From: Lama glama | Lineage: Eukaryota | NCBI GenBank assembly: GCA_028534125.1 | Contig: CM052845.1 | Location: forward strand, 8,370,001-8,434,000 | Reading direction: 5' to 3' | Length of the DNA: 64,000 nucleotides | Shown here: one piece after another, positions 26,170-39,300 of the stretch | How positions within the stretch are numbered: position 1 is the stretch's first letter | How the letters are laid out: each line of letters begins with the position of its first letter | The notes under the pieces: model-generated | Databases searched by the model: none | Told to the model about the DNA's origin: nothing | What the model saw: only the letters and a program-made list of their open reading frames with translations | Program-made: the position numbers and the translations under genes

Positions 26170-27620
26170 TTAAAACACAAGCAAAAAACTAGGGAAAGTA
26201 TTTCCAAAAGACATAAGAAAGTACACACATTAAAGAACGTTTACTGTATATAAAGAGTGCCTAGAGATCAATAACTTAATAGCAAAATAAAAGACCACAG
26301 TAGTTGCTCTTTATCTGCAGGGGATACACTTCAAGACCCCCAGTTATGCCTGAAACCACAGGTAGTACTGAACTCTATGAATACTGTTTTTTCCTATCCT
26401 AACTGGTGGGTAGCACATACAACATGGATACACTGGACAAAGGGATGATTCAATCTGAGCAGGACCGAGTGGGATGGCACAAGATTTCATCACGCTACTC
26501 AGACCAGCGTGCAAATTAAAACTTAGGAGTTTTTTATTTCTGAAATTTTCCACGTAATATTTTTGGTCCACAGTTGACCATGGGTATTTGAAACCACAGA
26601 AAGCAAAACCATGGGTAAGAGGGGACTGACTACTAACCGAGTTGTTTAAAAACTAAAAACCAGTGAACATACGAAAATGTTCAACTTCATTAATAAAGTA
26701 CAAATTAAAATAATGAAATGTCTTTTCTCCAGCCAATTACTGCAAAGAAAGAAAGATAATATCTGATAATAGAAAGGATGTGGAGAAAGGAACATTCTAG
26801 ATGGGACAGTACATTAGTAAGTCTTTTTGGAGGGCAATTCAGCACTATCAAAAATTAAATGCACATTATTTTCATCCAGAAATTCCATTTCTAATATTCT
26901 TTACATTATACTCAAGTTCCAGAGTTAGAGAGTAAATTTTTAAATGGCATATGGTAGAAAAGAAACAAAACCGTTCAAGATCCCTTAAATTGTCCAAGTA
27001 TATATAGTTCATTTATTCAAATATGCATGATACTATACATATATAAATGTATTTACTGATATACATGTTATCATAAAGAACACAGATAAAATTTTATATT
27101 TTTAATTACATAAGAGTACATTATGGTTGAGTTCTAACACGTGAAATGCATAAAATGCAACTCTATTACTGTTACAAATACCAGCACACCTGTGCTCAAG
27201 GATGGATGTGTTAGGTTGCTTCCTGCAACAGCACTAGTAACAGCAAAATAGTGAAGATAACTCAAATGTCAGTCAGCAGGAAGTGGTAAAATATTAGTGT
27301 ATATTCATATAATAAATACTATGTAATTATTAAAAAGAATGAGCTTGACTGTACATTCTCATACATAAGATCAAAGATTCATTGCCAAGTTAAAATAAAG
27401 GAGCAAATGATATGTACTGAATGTAAGAAAACATTTTTATCTGCATCTAAGTGCATAAAAAGATGTGTAATAAACCATTAACTGATTACACTTTTGGAAC
27501 AGGATGGGGTGATAGATTGAGGGGGAAATTACATTGCTGCGTGTACTTCTATATTTTTACATTAAAAATATATATATATCACCAGTACTTACTACTTTGT
27601 AAATTTTTTAAACAACAGAA
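26170..27620 (+). mobile_element. Ancient L1ME-type 3' region, sense, interrupted by a MER44-like element
   Basis: 'aaaatgttcaacttcattaataa...aaggatgtggagaaagg...tttttggagggcaatt...ccagaaattccatttct'. Confidence 0.75.
26298..26633 (-). mobile_element. MER44A-like (Tigger7-derived) DNA transposon
   Basis: Starts with 'cagtagt', contains 'ggatacactggacaaagggatgattca...gatttcatcacgctactcaga', and ends with 'taagaggggact'. Confidence 0.88.
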
Positions 27621-28759
27621 AAATGAGGGGCGCCATGGTGTTTTTGGTCCTTGCAACTTTCTAAGTTTATGAAAAACAGGTTTTCTGAGGATTCTCCATG
27701 TTGATGTCAGCCACCGATAATGTCAGTTATCTAGTATTGGATGGTGCAGACACCCTGTGATGTACATACAGACAGTGAGAAAGAAAACAGAGGAGGCATC
27801 CAACAATCCCAAACATCCTGTAAAAGCTTAAATATCCAATCAATGTGATCTACTCCTATCATGTTTCTGTATGAGAGTAAACGATCTGAACATTTTAACA
27901 AGCTTTTCAGAGATTACAAACACCACCAAAAGATTTTACTGTATTCTCAGATTAGGCAAAAAGATGTTATCTGTGTCTCTGAAGAACAAGCTTCCCCCAC
28001 CAAAAGAAAAACCATATAAAAAGCCATATATGAAAAACATCAAGATGGCAGAATGAGGGTAAGAGAGTGGATCCGTAAGAGTGAGGAGCAAAGAACATTC
28101 TACTTCCCAGGGATTAACGTTTACACAAACACTGCCTTCACTAATGGAGGACTTTTCTACCCTTTATCATTTTGTTTAGTTTATGTGGCCAGAATGATGC
28201 AAAACAAACCCAAAATGAAGCAGGGGACATGGCTACCATATATGCAACTCTTCTAACTCCTAAGTCACTAGTATATCCAGAAACAACACTATGTCGTGGC
28301 TCACAGGGATTTCCCAACCCTGAAAATCCCACATTGCAATGTAACATGACTTGGAATATTACAAAAGGGATTTATTGTATTGCATTAAAATTTTTTGCCC
28401 TATCCGCAGTAATTTTAAGTATAAAAGCTAACACAAAACCAAACTGACAAGCCTCAGGCGCACTTAATTTTAGATGAAGAAATCAGATGTCCTTCTCTCT
28501 GCACAATGTGCTTCCCACATCCTCCTCCCAAGGAGCCAGCCTTCAAAGCCCTATAGAAACAAACGCAAGCTGAAACACTGCTTAACTTCCACATGCCAAG
28601 CACTATGCTAGGCACAGTGTGTACAAGCACTGCCATCTAATACACCAAGCAGTGAACTGCATGGTTCTGGCCCAGGTTTTCCCAAAGACACAGCCATTAC
28701 AGCCTTCCAGGCAAGCCCACTCCCAGGGCTGTCTTGACCCCTTCCCCAGTCTCTTTGGA

Positions 28760-29550
28760 GCATGTTCCCAGAACCTAGTGTCTGACATGGTAGATATTCA
28801 ATAAAAATGCTTACTGAATAAATGAACAAGATGGTGTATTAGCAACGAAGTGAATGAAGCTTGGCATGACAAAAGCAGCATCTGCAGAAGAAAGTGTCAC
28901 CCATAAGGCCACCTGGTGGAGGGGATGCAGTCAGAGATTTTAAGCAGGAGAATGACAGAACATATTTCCATTTCTTGAAAGGCAACCCTGGCTATCCTGA
29001 AGATCAAGGACTGTGGGGAGGCAAGCCTGGAGACAGAAAGGTGTCTCAAAGCTGGTACAGCAGTGCACAAAGCTTTGATGGTGCCCTGAACGACAACGGC
29101 AGCAGGGAAGCTGGAGAGAAGTCAACAGATCTGAGAGAGATATGGGAGGATGAATTGTTGGATTTGGTGACAGACTAGTCAGGGAGGGAGAGGGGAGAGT
29201 TAGGCAGCTCGGTAAAGGGTGACTAAGATGTGGAATACAAGAAAGTCTGGGGGTGAGGATAATGGAATCAGTTACTGGACAAGTTTAAGGCGTATGGAAG
29301 ATATACAATTGGAGGTGGTGTGGACACTGGATATCTCGGGAGCTCAGGACCGAAGTCTGACACAAAGGACATGATTCATGGCAGAGCAGGATAAGGAGAA
29401 ACAAAGACGCAGGACAGAGGGCTAAGGACTATTATCCCTTAAGAACCAAACCAAGGAAAAAAAGAGAAGGGGTGGGGACCGGGGGAAGAGTCCAGGGTAT
29501 CATGGAAGCCAAGGAAATAAAGTGTCAAGAATGGGAAAAACCCAAAATGT
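28760..29550. mobile_element. L2 fragments (plus-strand 3' end followed by minus-strand body)
   Basis: 'cccagaacctag...tcaataaaaatgcttactgaataaatgaa' and 'gattttaagcaggagaatgac...gatttggtgacagact'. Confidence 0.7.
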
Positions 29551-30789
29551 AAATAAAACCTGTTAGTAGTGGGATAAGTGACTTTTGTTTCCTTCCTTTC
29601 AATTTTTTTTATATTTTCTTAGGATCCTTAATCTTTACATATTTTATTTATCAGAAATCATTTTAACTGTGTAAAATTTCTAACTGTTGTGCTATATCCC
29701 CATAAACTGAAGAGTCACAAATAGTCTTCTATCCACAGGGCATGTGTTTTGAATTTGTCCTCTGGGTCTGGTGATCTATCTGCTCCGGCTTCGTGACCAG
29801 TGACACACATGGCCCAGCCTCCTGGCCAAGGTCTGGAATCCCAGCAGAGCAGAGCTGGCTGGCCTACACACAGATGGTCCAGTGACCCTGGGGTCATTAG
29901 CACACTGTTCTAATCAAATGAGCTAACCAGCACCAGGCCCTGCCTACTGAGTCCCATTTCCCACCACGACTAAGGCCAAAGTTCTCCAACTCTGTACCAT
30001 TTCCTATAAACAAGATTGCCTATAAACATTCACAGATACAGGAGGTCCAAGGCTCACCAAAAATATTTGTTCATTGCCTCTGAATAGGATTTACATTTAC
30101 TTACAAGGCACTACCCTGGCAAGCAGAAGTGTATCATTAATGAAAATGATGGTAACCCACTGAGCCAGCACCGTTAGTAGCCAATGACTCAATGCCTATT
30201 GCTCTGATGACACTTAAAAACAGGGGAGTTTAACCAAGATACTTCTCGAATTCAACAGGGAGATAAGAAATTATCTTCTAATCTTCTATCCCTCTCTCTT
30301 GACCCCCAAAACAAAGTTTGGTGTATTTTACACCATTCACCTTAATAGCACCCTTCTCGGAGTAGACAGACTAGCTGTCATCCTCTCTGCTTTATCAACC
30401 TACAAACTCAAAATAAAGGAGTTATTTTGCTTGACATTAAGGGATCCCGAAAGAGATGATAACTCTTCTTCCAAAGACACAGGGGTCAATTAGAACAATG
30501 CAGGCCTGTTTAAAAAGCGACCAGGCTCCAAACCAGACCTTGGGCTTCCCAGGTCCTTTCCAGCTCCAGAACACCTACGAGAGCATAAATGTGTACGTCA
30601 TAACACTGACAGCCAGAGCAAGAGGGGAAATCTTTAAAACTGGCTTTCCAACACATAAATTTCCACATTTACACACCACTGTGAGGAAAGCAGTCTCTGT
30701 TTCATGAGAGGAAAATGAACAAACATCGCTAGAAATAATCTAGATTGAATATGCGTGCATTTTCATTCACTGATTTCAAAATGAGCACT

Positions 30790-31350
30790 ACTGGAATGTT
30801 ATAGCTGCTGTTTCTTGGTTAAATACAGCATTTTTTAAAAAAAATGAGTGAATTGACTTCAAAGTAATTCTTGGGATGAGCAGTCTTTCTTCCCAAAAAA
30901 AGGAAATTTAAGAACTCTGCCTGGATTATTTCGTTCACATGGATTTGACTATACTTGGTTTTCGGAGGGAGAGAATAAAGGAGGGTGCTAAAAATAGATG
31001 CAATAAAGCTGAGGGGAAAGTACTTGTGAGACTGACACTAACAATTAGCAAAAAAGCGGTGTCACCAGTATTAAAATAAGCAATCAGAGCCCATTCTGGG
31101 AACACTGTCACAGAGCACCACTGTCATCTGGCCTCAGGGGCTGGCCCGGCTCCCTGACAGAAGACCCTCGGGCCCCAGTTGGACGGCCTTATAAGGCAAC
31201 TGTGCTCAGAAAGGAGATAAGAACACCAAGCACTTAACATTTCTAGAGGCCTCTGGACATATTAACTCATTAATCCTCACGGTATTCTGGGGCAGCCACG
31301 CTACTACCATTCCCAAGAGAGACAGGAGAAGACAGGCACCTGACATTCCA
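30790..31350. promoter_or_regulatory. Candidate muscle-type intronic enhancer
   Basis: TEAD TGGAATG (30792), MEF2 CTAAAAATAG (30988), GGTGTCA (31058), CArG CCTTATAAGG (31187), AGATAA (31215), CACTTAA (31231), CATTCCA (31344). Confidence 0.5.
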
Positions 31351-31584
31351 GAAAACCAAGGGGCTGGCAGCTCTCCTGGGGAGCCTGGCTATCCTGGTTC
31401 AGGGCCTACCACACCCCAGTGTTGTCAAGAACCGTGTAAATGCTCTCCTACTCACGAGAGGAAGGAGGAAAATGTCTCAGCTCTGACAGTAAATGAGGAG
31501 CAGACTCCTCCACCCTCCCTCCTCTTGCTCCCACAGGGTCTGCACAAGATTCCAGTCCTCAGATTCAGACTCCAACATGAAGCA

Positions 31585-31710
31585 GGGAAGGTGTAGCTCA
31601 GTGGCAGAGTGCGAGGTTAGTGTGCACAGGGTCCTGGCTTCAATTCCCGGTACCTCCATTAAAAAATAGTAAATAAACCTAATTACTTCCCCCCTCCCCC
31701 ACCCCAAAAA
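31585..31710 (+). mobile_element. Vic-1-type camelid tRNA-derived SINE
   Basis: A-box TAGCTCAGTGG, B-box-like GCTTCAATTCC, tail 'tacctccattaaaaaatagtaaataaacctaattacttccccc', and degenerate TSD AGACTCCAACATGAA / AGATTCCAAATTGAA. Confidence 0.88.
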
Positions 31711-32429
31711 GATTCCAAATTGAACAGCCCAGGAAAGGAGCAAGAAGGCAAGGGTCTGGAGGGACGGCATGGCATATAGGAGCATGTAAAACATCTTCTC
31801 CCCACATTGGCTTCTAGTCTCCAAGTAGACACTTCACATCCATCCTTTCACCTTCATGAATAAACCTGGCAACTGTGACTATAGTGCCAGTAAGAAATAA
31901 GACAGCAACCTGTACTTAATTGGAGAGGATGAAGTGGCCTCATTTTCTCATGAAAGAGAATTTCAATGCAATAGTTATCAAATAATGTAGACATCTCAAG
32001 GCCAGGTGGAAATAGAAGAGTAACAGTGAATTACACGTACGTATTTAAAAGTCACCTAGAATATAAGTCCTGCTAGAATCTGAAAGTCCCCACAAAGGCA
32101 AGGCTCTCAGCCTTATTCGTTGATTGACCCTAAACTCCATATATTTGAATGAATTGTCTTTAAAACTTACCAACAAATGAGCTCAAGGTCCAAATAAACC
32201 TATGTAGATAATCATGAAAGGACTTAAGTAAAAATCCTAGGCAGCTTATTCAGTGTGGTAAGTCAGAGGCTGACATAATAGTCCTATGCAGGGAAAGCCC
32301 CGGGGGCTAGTAAGTAGGAAGGCAGATTGGGAAAAATGTAAATGTATGGAGTGGATGGAAGAGAAGAAAGCACTCTAGGGACAAGCAAGTCAGGGACCTG
32401 GAGGTGGAATCATCTTTGTAAGGACAGGG

Positions 32430-32860
32430 TGCCCAAAAAGTGGCAACAACTCATGTTCAACAACTGACAAATGGATGAACAAAATTCGGNNNNNNNNNNN
32501 NNNNNNNNNNNNNNNNNNNNNNNNNNNNNNNNNNNNNNNNNNNNNNNNNNNNNNNNNNNNNNNNNNNNNNNNNNNNNNNNNNNNNNNNNNNNNNNNNNNN
32601 NNNNNNNNNNNNNNNNNNNNNNNNNNNNTGTGAAAATATCCATAGTTGGCAAGTCCAGGAAGACAAAAAGTAGATTACTAGTTGCCAAGGGCTGGGAGGA
32701 GGGGTTGATGAGCACAGGTTTTATTTTGGGAGGGAGGGATGGGTGGCAAAGCGTTCTAAAATTAGAGTTGCAATGGTCACACAACTCTTGAATATACAAA
32801 AAAAAAAAAAAAAAGAAACCTGACTGAATTGTGAATCATACCTCCACAAAGTTTAAAAGA
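32430..32860 (+). mobile_element. L1MB-type 3' end with N gap
   Basis: 'caactgacaaatggatgaacaaaa', 'agtagattactagttgccaagggctggg' and 'gttctaaaattaga'. Confidence 0.85.
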
Positions 32861-33489
32861 AAAAAGAAAAACAGGACACCATCACCCAACTAACTGGTGA
32901 TGGAGGTTCAAGAGAGACTGCACACTGGCAGACGTCAGACACCAGTTTGGAAACATGGGGAAGAATCTGATCGCGGAGAGCTTTAAAGGTCAGCTACAGA
33001 AATCTGTATCTCATACACTAACTACAGCCCAAAAATGGTGGTGGGCAGTGTTCTCCAGTCTCCAGAGTACTTTCCTAGTCATCAGATCCTTTGATCAAGG
33101 AGCCTCCAAATGTTTTCAGGTGCCGGCTGATTTATAGGGAATAACGCCTTTGGAAAAGTATCTGCCACTAATGGACTAAGAGAGAGGGACAGTTGAGGCT
33201 CTGAGGGTCTAATTTAGAGTCCAGACAGGTGAGATGGTGAAGATGGGAAAGGGCAGACGTGGCAAGAAGTCACAGACCACCCACATTTCCTGAAAATAGA
33301 TGCTGTGTCTACCTGGGTGACTCGCCTCCTCGTAAGGAAGCTGCCACCTTGCTGCTACCTGGGGGCTTCGGCAGGTCCCGTATCTCAAATTCTCTACGAA
33401 GGCAGGATCCTAAGAGGTATAACAGGTTCAAAAGGTCTCTTGATCTCCTTGGAACAGATTTCTCAGAAGAAACAGTACTCAAAACAGAC

Positions 33490-33920
33490 TGGCAGTGACA
33501 TTGAGCTTGAAATGAAAGAATCTGAACAAACTGCCCAGGTTCAAATACAGGCTTTGCAATTTGTCAGCTGTGACTTTGAGAAAGTTACTCAACTCTCCAT
33601 TCCTCACCTGTACATTAGGAATGATGGTTGGTCCCTACGTGACAGTGTGACAAGGACTGAAAGAGTGAACATACACAAAGTGCTGTGAACAGTGCCTGTG
33701 ACCCACCAACTGTAGTTCTCACATCAGCTGAGCTCTTCCTTCACAGCATTCATCACAGTTACTAATTTTATATTTTCTTGGGCTTTTATTTGTTTAATAC
33801 ACACTTCCCCACAACACTGGAAGTTCCAGGAAGGTCAAGGACGATGCCTGTGTGCTATCCATTGTATCAACAGGGTCGAAAACACTAGGAGTGTAATATC
33901 TCTGGAATGACTGTATCACC
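33490..33920 (+). mobile_element. MIR followed by L2 3' fragment
   Basis: 'ccaggttcaaat...ctgtgactttgagaaagttact...aaagtgctgtgaacagtgcctg', followed by an L2-like tail. Confidence 0.7.
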
Positions 33921-35919
33921 TAGGAGTTATATATTCTGTTTCTAAGGCTCAGAGCCACCATGATCCATTCGTGCAACTGCAGAATGAAGGCGAAAAGAAA
34001 TAAAGGCAATCCTGGAGTAAGAGGCTCATCAAGGAAGCTGAAGGGGGAGGAAAATGCTTTACTCTTCCAGTATCTGACCAGGTAGCGTGGCTTTGCAAGT
34101 CTAATTTTTAAGACAGAAGAAAAGGCTTACTTAGCATGTTGGCATTGGGTTCTGCAAGTGGGAAATCAGTCACCTATTGAACAGGCCTAGGTGGGGAACC
34201 AATGACAACTGACAAATATTCTTTAAAATATTCTCATATCTTTATCATTTATTACTCATTCATTCATTCAAAATTAACAGCCAGATAAGGCTCCTGCCTG
34301 CCATTATAAATACGCCAGTCATTCCAACTTCCCAACCTTTATGGTGGTGAAGTCTGCTATCCCAGTGCCCATTTCTCTCTACCTATTTAAATCTTCCCAA
34401 TTCTCTTTCTTCCGCTTTCTGAAAAGCCTGTTTCACTTTCATCCATACTTTTCTCTTTGAATTTCTAAGCCTTCCGTCTAAATTGCACAGTGGTGTCCAT
34501 TTACATAGGAACCCATCTTATTCTCCTGTTGTTTTGTCTTGAATGAGTCTTTCCAAGTAGGCAGGAAAACTGCTTCTTGGTGAGCACTTCTACATTCCCC
34601 GCCTCCCACACCCCCAGTGTCCAGCACAACCCCGGACAACAGGGCACCTTGTCTTCCTCAAGGACCCCTGACTGTGCCCCAGGGAGTCACACCTCTTCCC
34701 CACTCCTCAACGTTCTAACTCCTTCCCCATCTGTCAACCACAGTCAAGGACTTGAGGAAAAGGCATGTTTTTATTTGCAAGTTTCCAGTTCCTTTGAGAA
34801 AGGTGCCACATGCACAGAAATTCAGTATTTCATGACCTCAGTGGGCATGTATCCTGAAATACTGTTAGATTAAACACGAAATGAGATGCAAATTCCATTC
34901 ATATGGAACACTCGGGATGAGTCAAGCCTGAGGTTTCCATGACATCTGCTCATTTCCTAGAGTCACACTCTAAGAACATGTGTGTAGGCTTTGTGGAGGG
35001 CGTGTGCTCTGCAGGAATGTTCTGGTAACAATTAAGGAGGCCTTGTGGACTGGGATTAATGGTGATTGCCTGGCCTGCATGGAGAGACCTAAGCTCCGCT
35101 GCTCAGACTCATTTGGCCCTTGTATTCTGTGGCCCTCCCCGGTGACAACAGCCCCTCTGGGTGGATCAGACAGTCCCGACGGTCCCCCATTCAGACTGAG
35201 GAATACTCGAGACACCCTCTACATGGAGTCCAGACCCTCCTCAATTGAGAGAGGAGGAGAAGGAACATCTCCACCAGCAGGTGCACTGCATGCTCCACAT
35301 CTAATGAAAGGCATTACTGTTTTAACTGTGTCCAGGAAAGTTCCTTAGGATATAACTGGCTAGCTGTCCATCAAAACTTACATCAAACTGACCAAGATCC
35401 AAGTGTCTCTATCTTCACCTCAAGAGCAAACCAACCATGTAATCAGAAAAATAGAGCTACAAGGACATATCCACCGGTTCTGACACGTTTCCACTAGGTA
35501 ACATCTCTGAAATCGGCATGCATCTTACAATGCGGTTTCATCAGCAGTGTTACTGGTTCACCTGACCTTGCAACCAATTCAGTGAAATTCTGTACATGCA
35601 CACAGAACACCCAAAGTACTGGCCTCATCACTCAGTCAATCAGGTTTACTGTAGCCGGCAACATATGTCAAGGACCTAATACTTAAAATCACAGAATCAA
35701 TATTTTTCATTGTGTTCAAGGAACTCAAGAATAACATATCCAGAAATTATATCTGCTAAGCATTTTAGTCCCTGCAGCAGTACCAGAGACAATTAAGAGA
35801 TGTCTTGAAGTGGGGTTAAAAAAAAAAAGTCAACTTGTAACATCCAGGTGTTGGACAGATCAGATTGGAGTATTATGAACCACAACTAGAACACATTTGT
35901 GAAAAACACCACAGCAGAG

Positions 35920-36390
35920 AAACAACCTCTGAAACATTTTAAAACTGCAGTGGCAGGGGATGTAGGCAAATGGGCTTGCCAATACTCTTGGTGGGAGTAT
36001 AAGTTAGCACAGTGTTTCTAGAGAAGATTTGGCAATAGACATCGAAATGTCTTAAAAAGGAATGTAAGCCCTTTGACCCAGAAATTCCACTTCCAAGAGC
36101 CTAAGCTAAGGAAATCAGCACGGGTGCGCTCACAGATTTAGCTTGGAGCGGGTACAGCACCATTTACATCACAAAGCTGGAAACAAGCTCCTTGCTCCTC
36201 GATAAGGAATGGGTTAAATATATTAAGACATATCCTTAAGACAGCTTAGTATGAAGAATTAAAAACGGAGCTGCAGAACTTACCCACTGGCATGCAGAGA
36301 TGTTCATTACTTAATATCAAGTGAAAAGAAAATCAAATGTAAGTGAACACTACAATAGTTTGATCTCATTTTTGTTAAAACAGGGGAGTG
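35920..36390 (+). mobile_element. Ancient L1ME-type 3' fragment
   Basis: 'ggtgggagtataagttagcac...tttggcaata...ctttgacccagaaattccacttc'. Confidence 0.75.
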
Positions 36391-39300
36391 AGTGTGTGAG
36401 TGTGTATGCTCACTCGTATTTTTGGAGGTGGGGGAGGAAGAGGAGGGTGTCACCTAGGTGAATTTATCTGCCAGTAAGGAAAAAAAAAGGTTTCACTTGG
36501 GAAGAAAAAAAGGGGGGGGGAACTGGGGCACAATGTGATTCAATTAGGTAAACAAACGGCTTAATGCATCTTGGAAGTCTCAATCCTAAAAAGCAGATAA
36601 ATTAAATATCCAGTGGAGTTATTATTTTAATGTTAGGAGAAATGACTGCAGAATTAAGTGCATAACAGCTATTAAAATAATAATATCCCAGGAGATGATC
36701 TCTGCTGCACCCCGAAGCTAAGCTGCGGCCCAGTGCTGTAGGAGTGGGTACCACAGCTGCCCAGCACAACAAAAAATGGCATGAATATCCTCAGGGCTTT
36801 CGATAAAGGAAGGGAAACCATCTCAGGACTTTACAATCAACAGTATGCTTTACTCTCTATCCCATCTCTGCATGACTGTGAATGAATCCACGAGGGTGGG
36901 GAGGAAAATGAAGTATTTATGGCACATTTTCCAAAGAATAGGATTGCAATTTCCATTTAGAAAATATAATACTTATTAGGCTTGCGGAGACTTCAGAAAG
37001 CATCGGAATGAGCTGGAGGACCGAAGTCCAATTGCCAGGTTTCTATGCCTGGGTCTCCTGCACTGAGCAGCTTTCTGGGATGACGTCATTAATGAACAAG
37101 GAAAAACACTTTTTTGTGGAGTTCAGGCTTAAGCTCGTACCAGTTGGATTTTTCTGTAGAATCATGACCCACAATTTACAGTAATAGAAATAAGAGCAAT
37201 TTTCACATTGATTGCGGGTCTGTGGAGTGTTTTGGAAGGGAGAAGGGGGGGCAGTTTAACGGTTAAAACTTCTCCAATGAGTATCCGCCAAAAATCAGAA
37301 ACTCACCATATTCCAAAACCCTACAAGTATTTTGGAGTCTCTGCTCCCTCCCTACTGGCTTTTGTTTTTGTTTTTAAGATACAGAGTCAGCAGGCTGGGT
37401 GCACTATGACCAAATGGCAACAGATGCTAGTCTTGCAAAGGGCAAGACGCTTCCCTTTGATCATCTAAGAACATTCCTGATCAGAACATTTTCCCTTTGA
37501 GTCAAGGTTTACCAGTAGTTGCACAAATGGAAGAGCTACAGAAAGAGTGGCTCCTCCGCCCAACACACACTTCAGACACGCTTCATTCCTGAATCCACGT
37601 CAACCACAAAGGCACCTACCTATGTAAAGGACGCACGTCGGGAACGTTCAGTCTTAGTCACCAAAGCTGATGCAAAACGGTTCTCAATGCAGAGAATTCT
37701 AGCACTCTCTATGGCGTAATTATAAGTGCTTCAATACACAGAGTAGATTATCATGGCATTTTAATCTTTTTCTTGGTAAAAATACAGGCGATGTTAGAGA
37801 TAATAACTGATATTTTGCAAATGAAAAACATGCCCAATGGATACTGTATACAAGCCTCCAAACGAATCTAAGTCAATATATATTTCCATGTCTGAAAATT
37901 ACTAACACCACATCAGAAACCTTTCTCTAAAGTTTATGCATTAAGAAAATGGGAAAACCTACCAACACACCAGACACTGGCATTTAACAAGAATAATTTT
38001 CCCCTGTAAACCTTGGAATTTACAACGATCACATCTCTTTTAAACAATACTACACCCCTCGACTCAAATTTAAGATAGAGGCTCTCGACATACTTAATAT
38101 ACAAACAAAAGCCTTTCATACTGGGATCTGAGCACGGGCCTTAATCTTATCTCTGCAGTTCTGTTAAGTGTCTGGTGTGGTGACGTACACCACCTCTCTG
38201 CCCCCAACACACTACACTGTACCCACCAAATACATCAGTAGGCCTTTCTAAAAATATAGTTACAATACAAAGCCTAAAAACAGTAGGTAACAATGCTTCT
38301 TTGAGAAGATGTTTGTCAGTTTAAATGTTCTGAAAACTAAGTAAACCACAAAACCATTTTCAACAAAATGTGTGTTTCTAATTATTAGTGGGAAGATTTA
38401 TATTCCTGGGGCAAAAAAAAAAAAAAGGTATGCCTGGAGGAGAAGTTGGTTGCTGCAAGTCAGCAAGAATTTGTAAAGGCAAAATCATTTTGATAAGACA
38501 CAACTACTTTCCTAGCAATATAAATTCAGGATCCTGCTGTATAAATACTGATATAAGGAATGATGACATTAAAGTGAAAAGCAGCAGCATTCCAAAGCAG
38601 GGACACAGCCCAACGCTGCTTCATTGTGGCCCTCGGTCTAACACAGAAATGATTCAAGTGCCTTCTGTTCGTCAACCGGCAGAAATTACTGGCTCTTATC
38701 AGTTTAGATTTTTTTTTAATCAGTTCAGATTTAGAAAAATGAAGACAGTAGTTAGTGTAGTATTCAAATCTTCAATTTATAGGGTATTTATTTTCTAATT
38801 GCAGCACCCCAACAAAGAGATCCTACAAAACATCCTTTTCCTCTCCCTTCCCTAGTCTGTATTTTGGCATTTTGCTAGTGACGGTTTTTCAAGTAGCTGA
38901 AAGCCAAGGTGAAAGCTGAAGGTCACAGCAGGTATAAGGCTGCCCAACCTGGTTCTTTTTTACATGTTGGGGGTATGAAGCCACACCCTCCCCAAGAACC
39001 CCCCCCCCCCCGCCTCACTCTTAAACCTCTCTGGCACTCACAGTGAGTACCGCCAGGTATTTTGGACTTTGGGGAGTGTGAGCAGGGCAGGAATCTTCTT
39101 TCTCCCCTCCCCCAAGAGAATGGCTACAGCAGAGATTAATTTCCAAGCTCTGGTTTTCTGCATAAGCCCTCCTCAAAACACAAAGACTCAGGATGGGCCT
39201 TAAAGGGTCCTTTTGTTTAGAGAGGGTCATTTCCTGCCGTTAGCTCACACCCAGAAACTCCCACCCATTTCTCTAGGAGAGGCACTGATTTTCTTAGTGA

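Noticed and set aside
31585-31660. tRNA gene
   Set aside because: A and B boxes are present but degenerate, and are followed by a SINE tail and TSD, so this is a Vic-1-type SINE.
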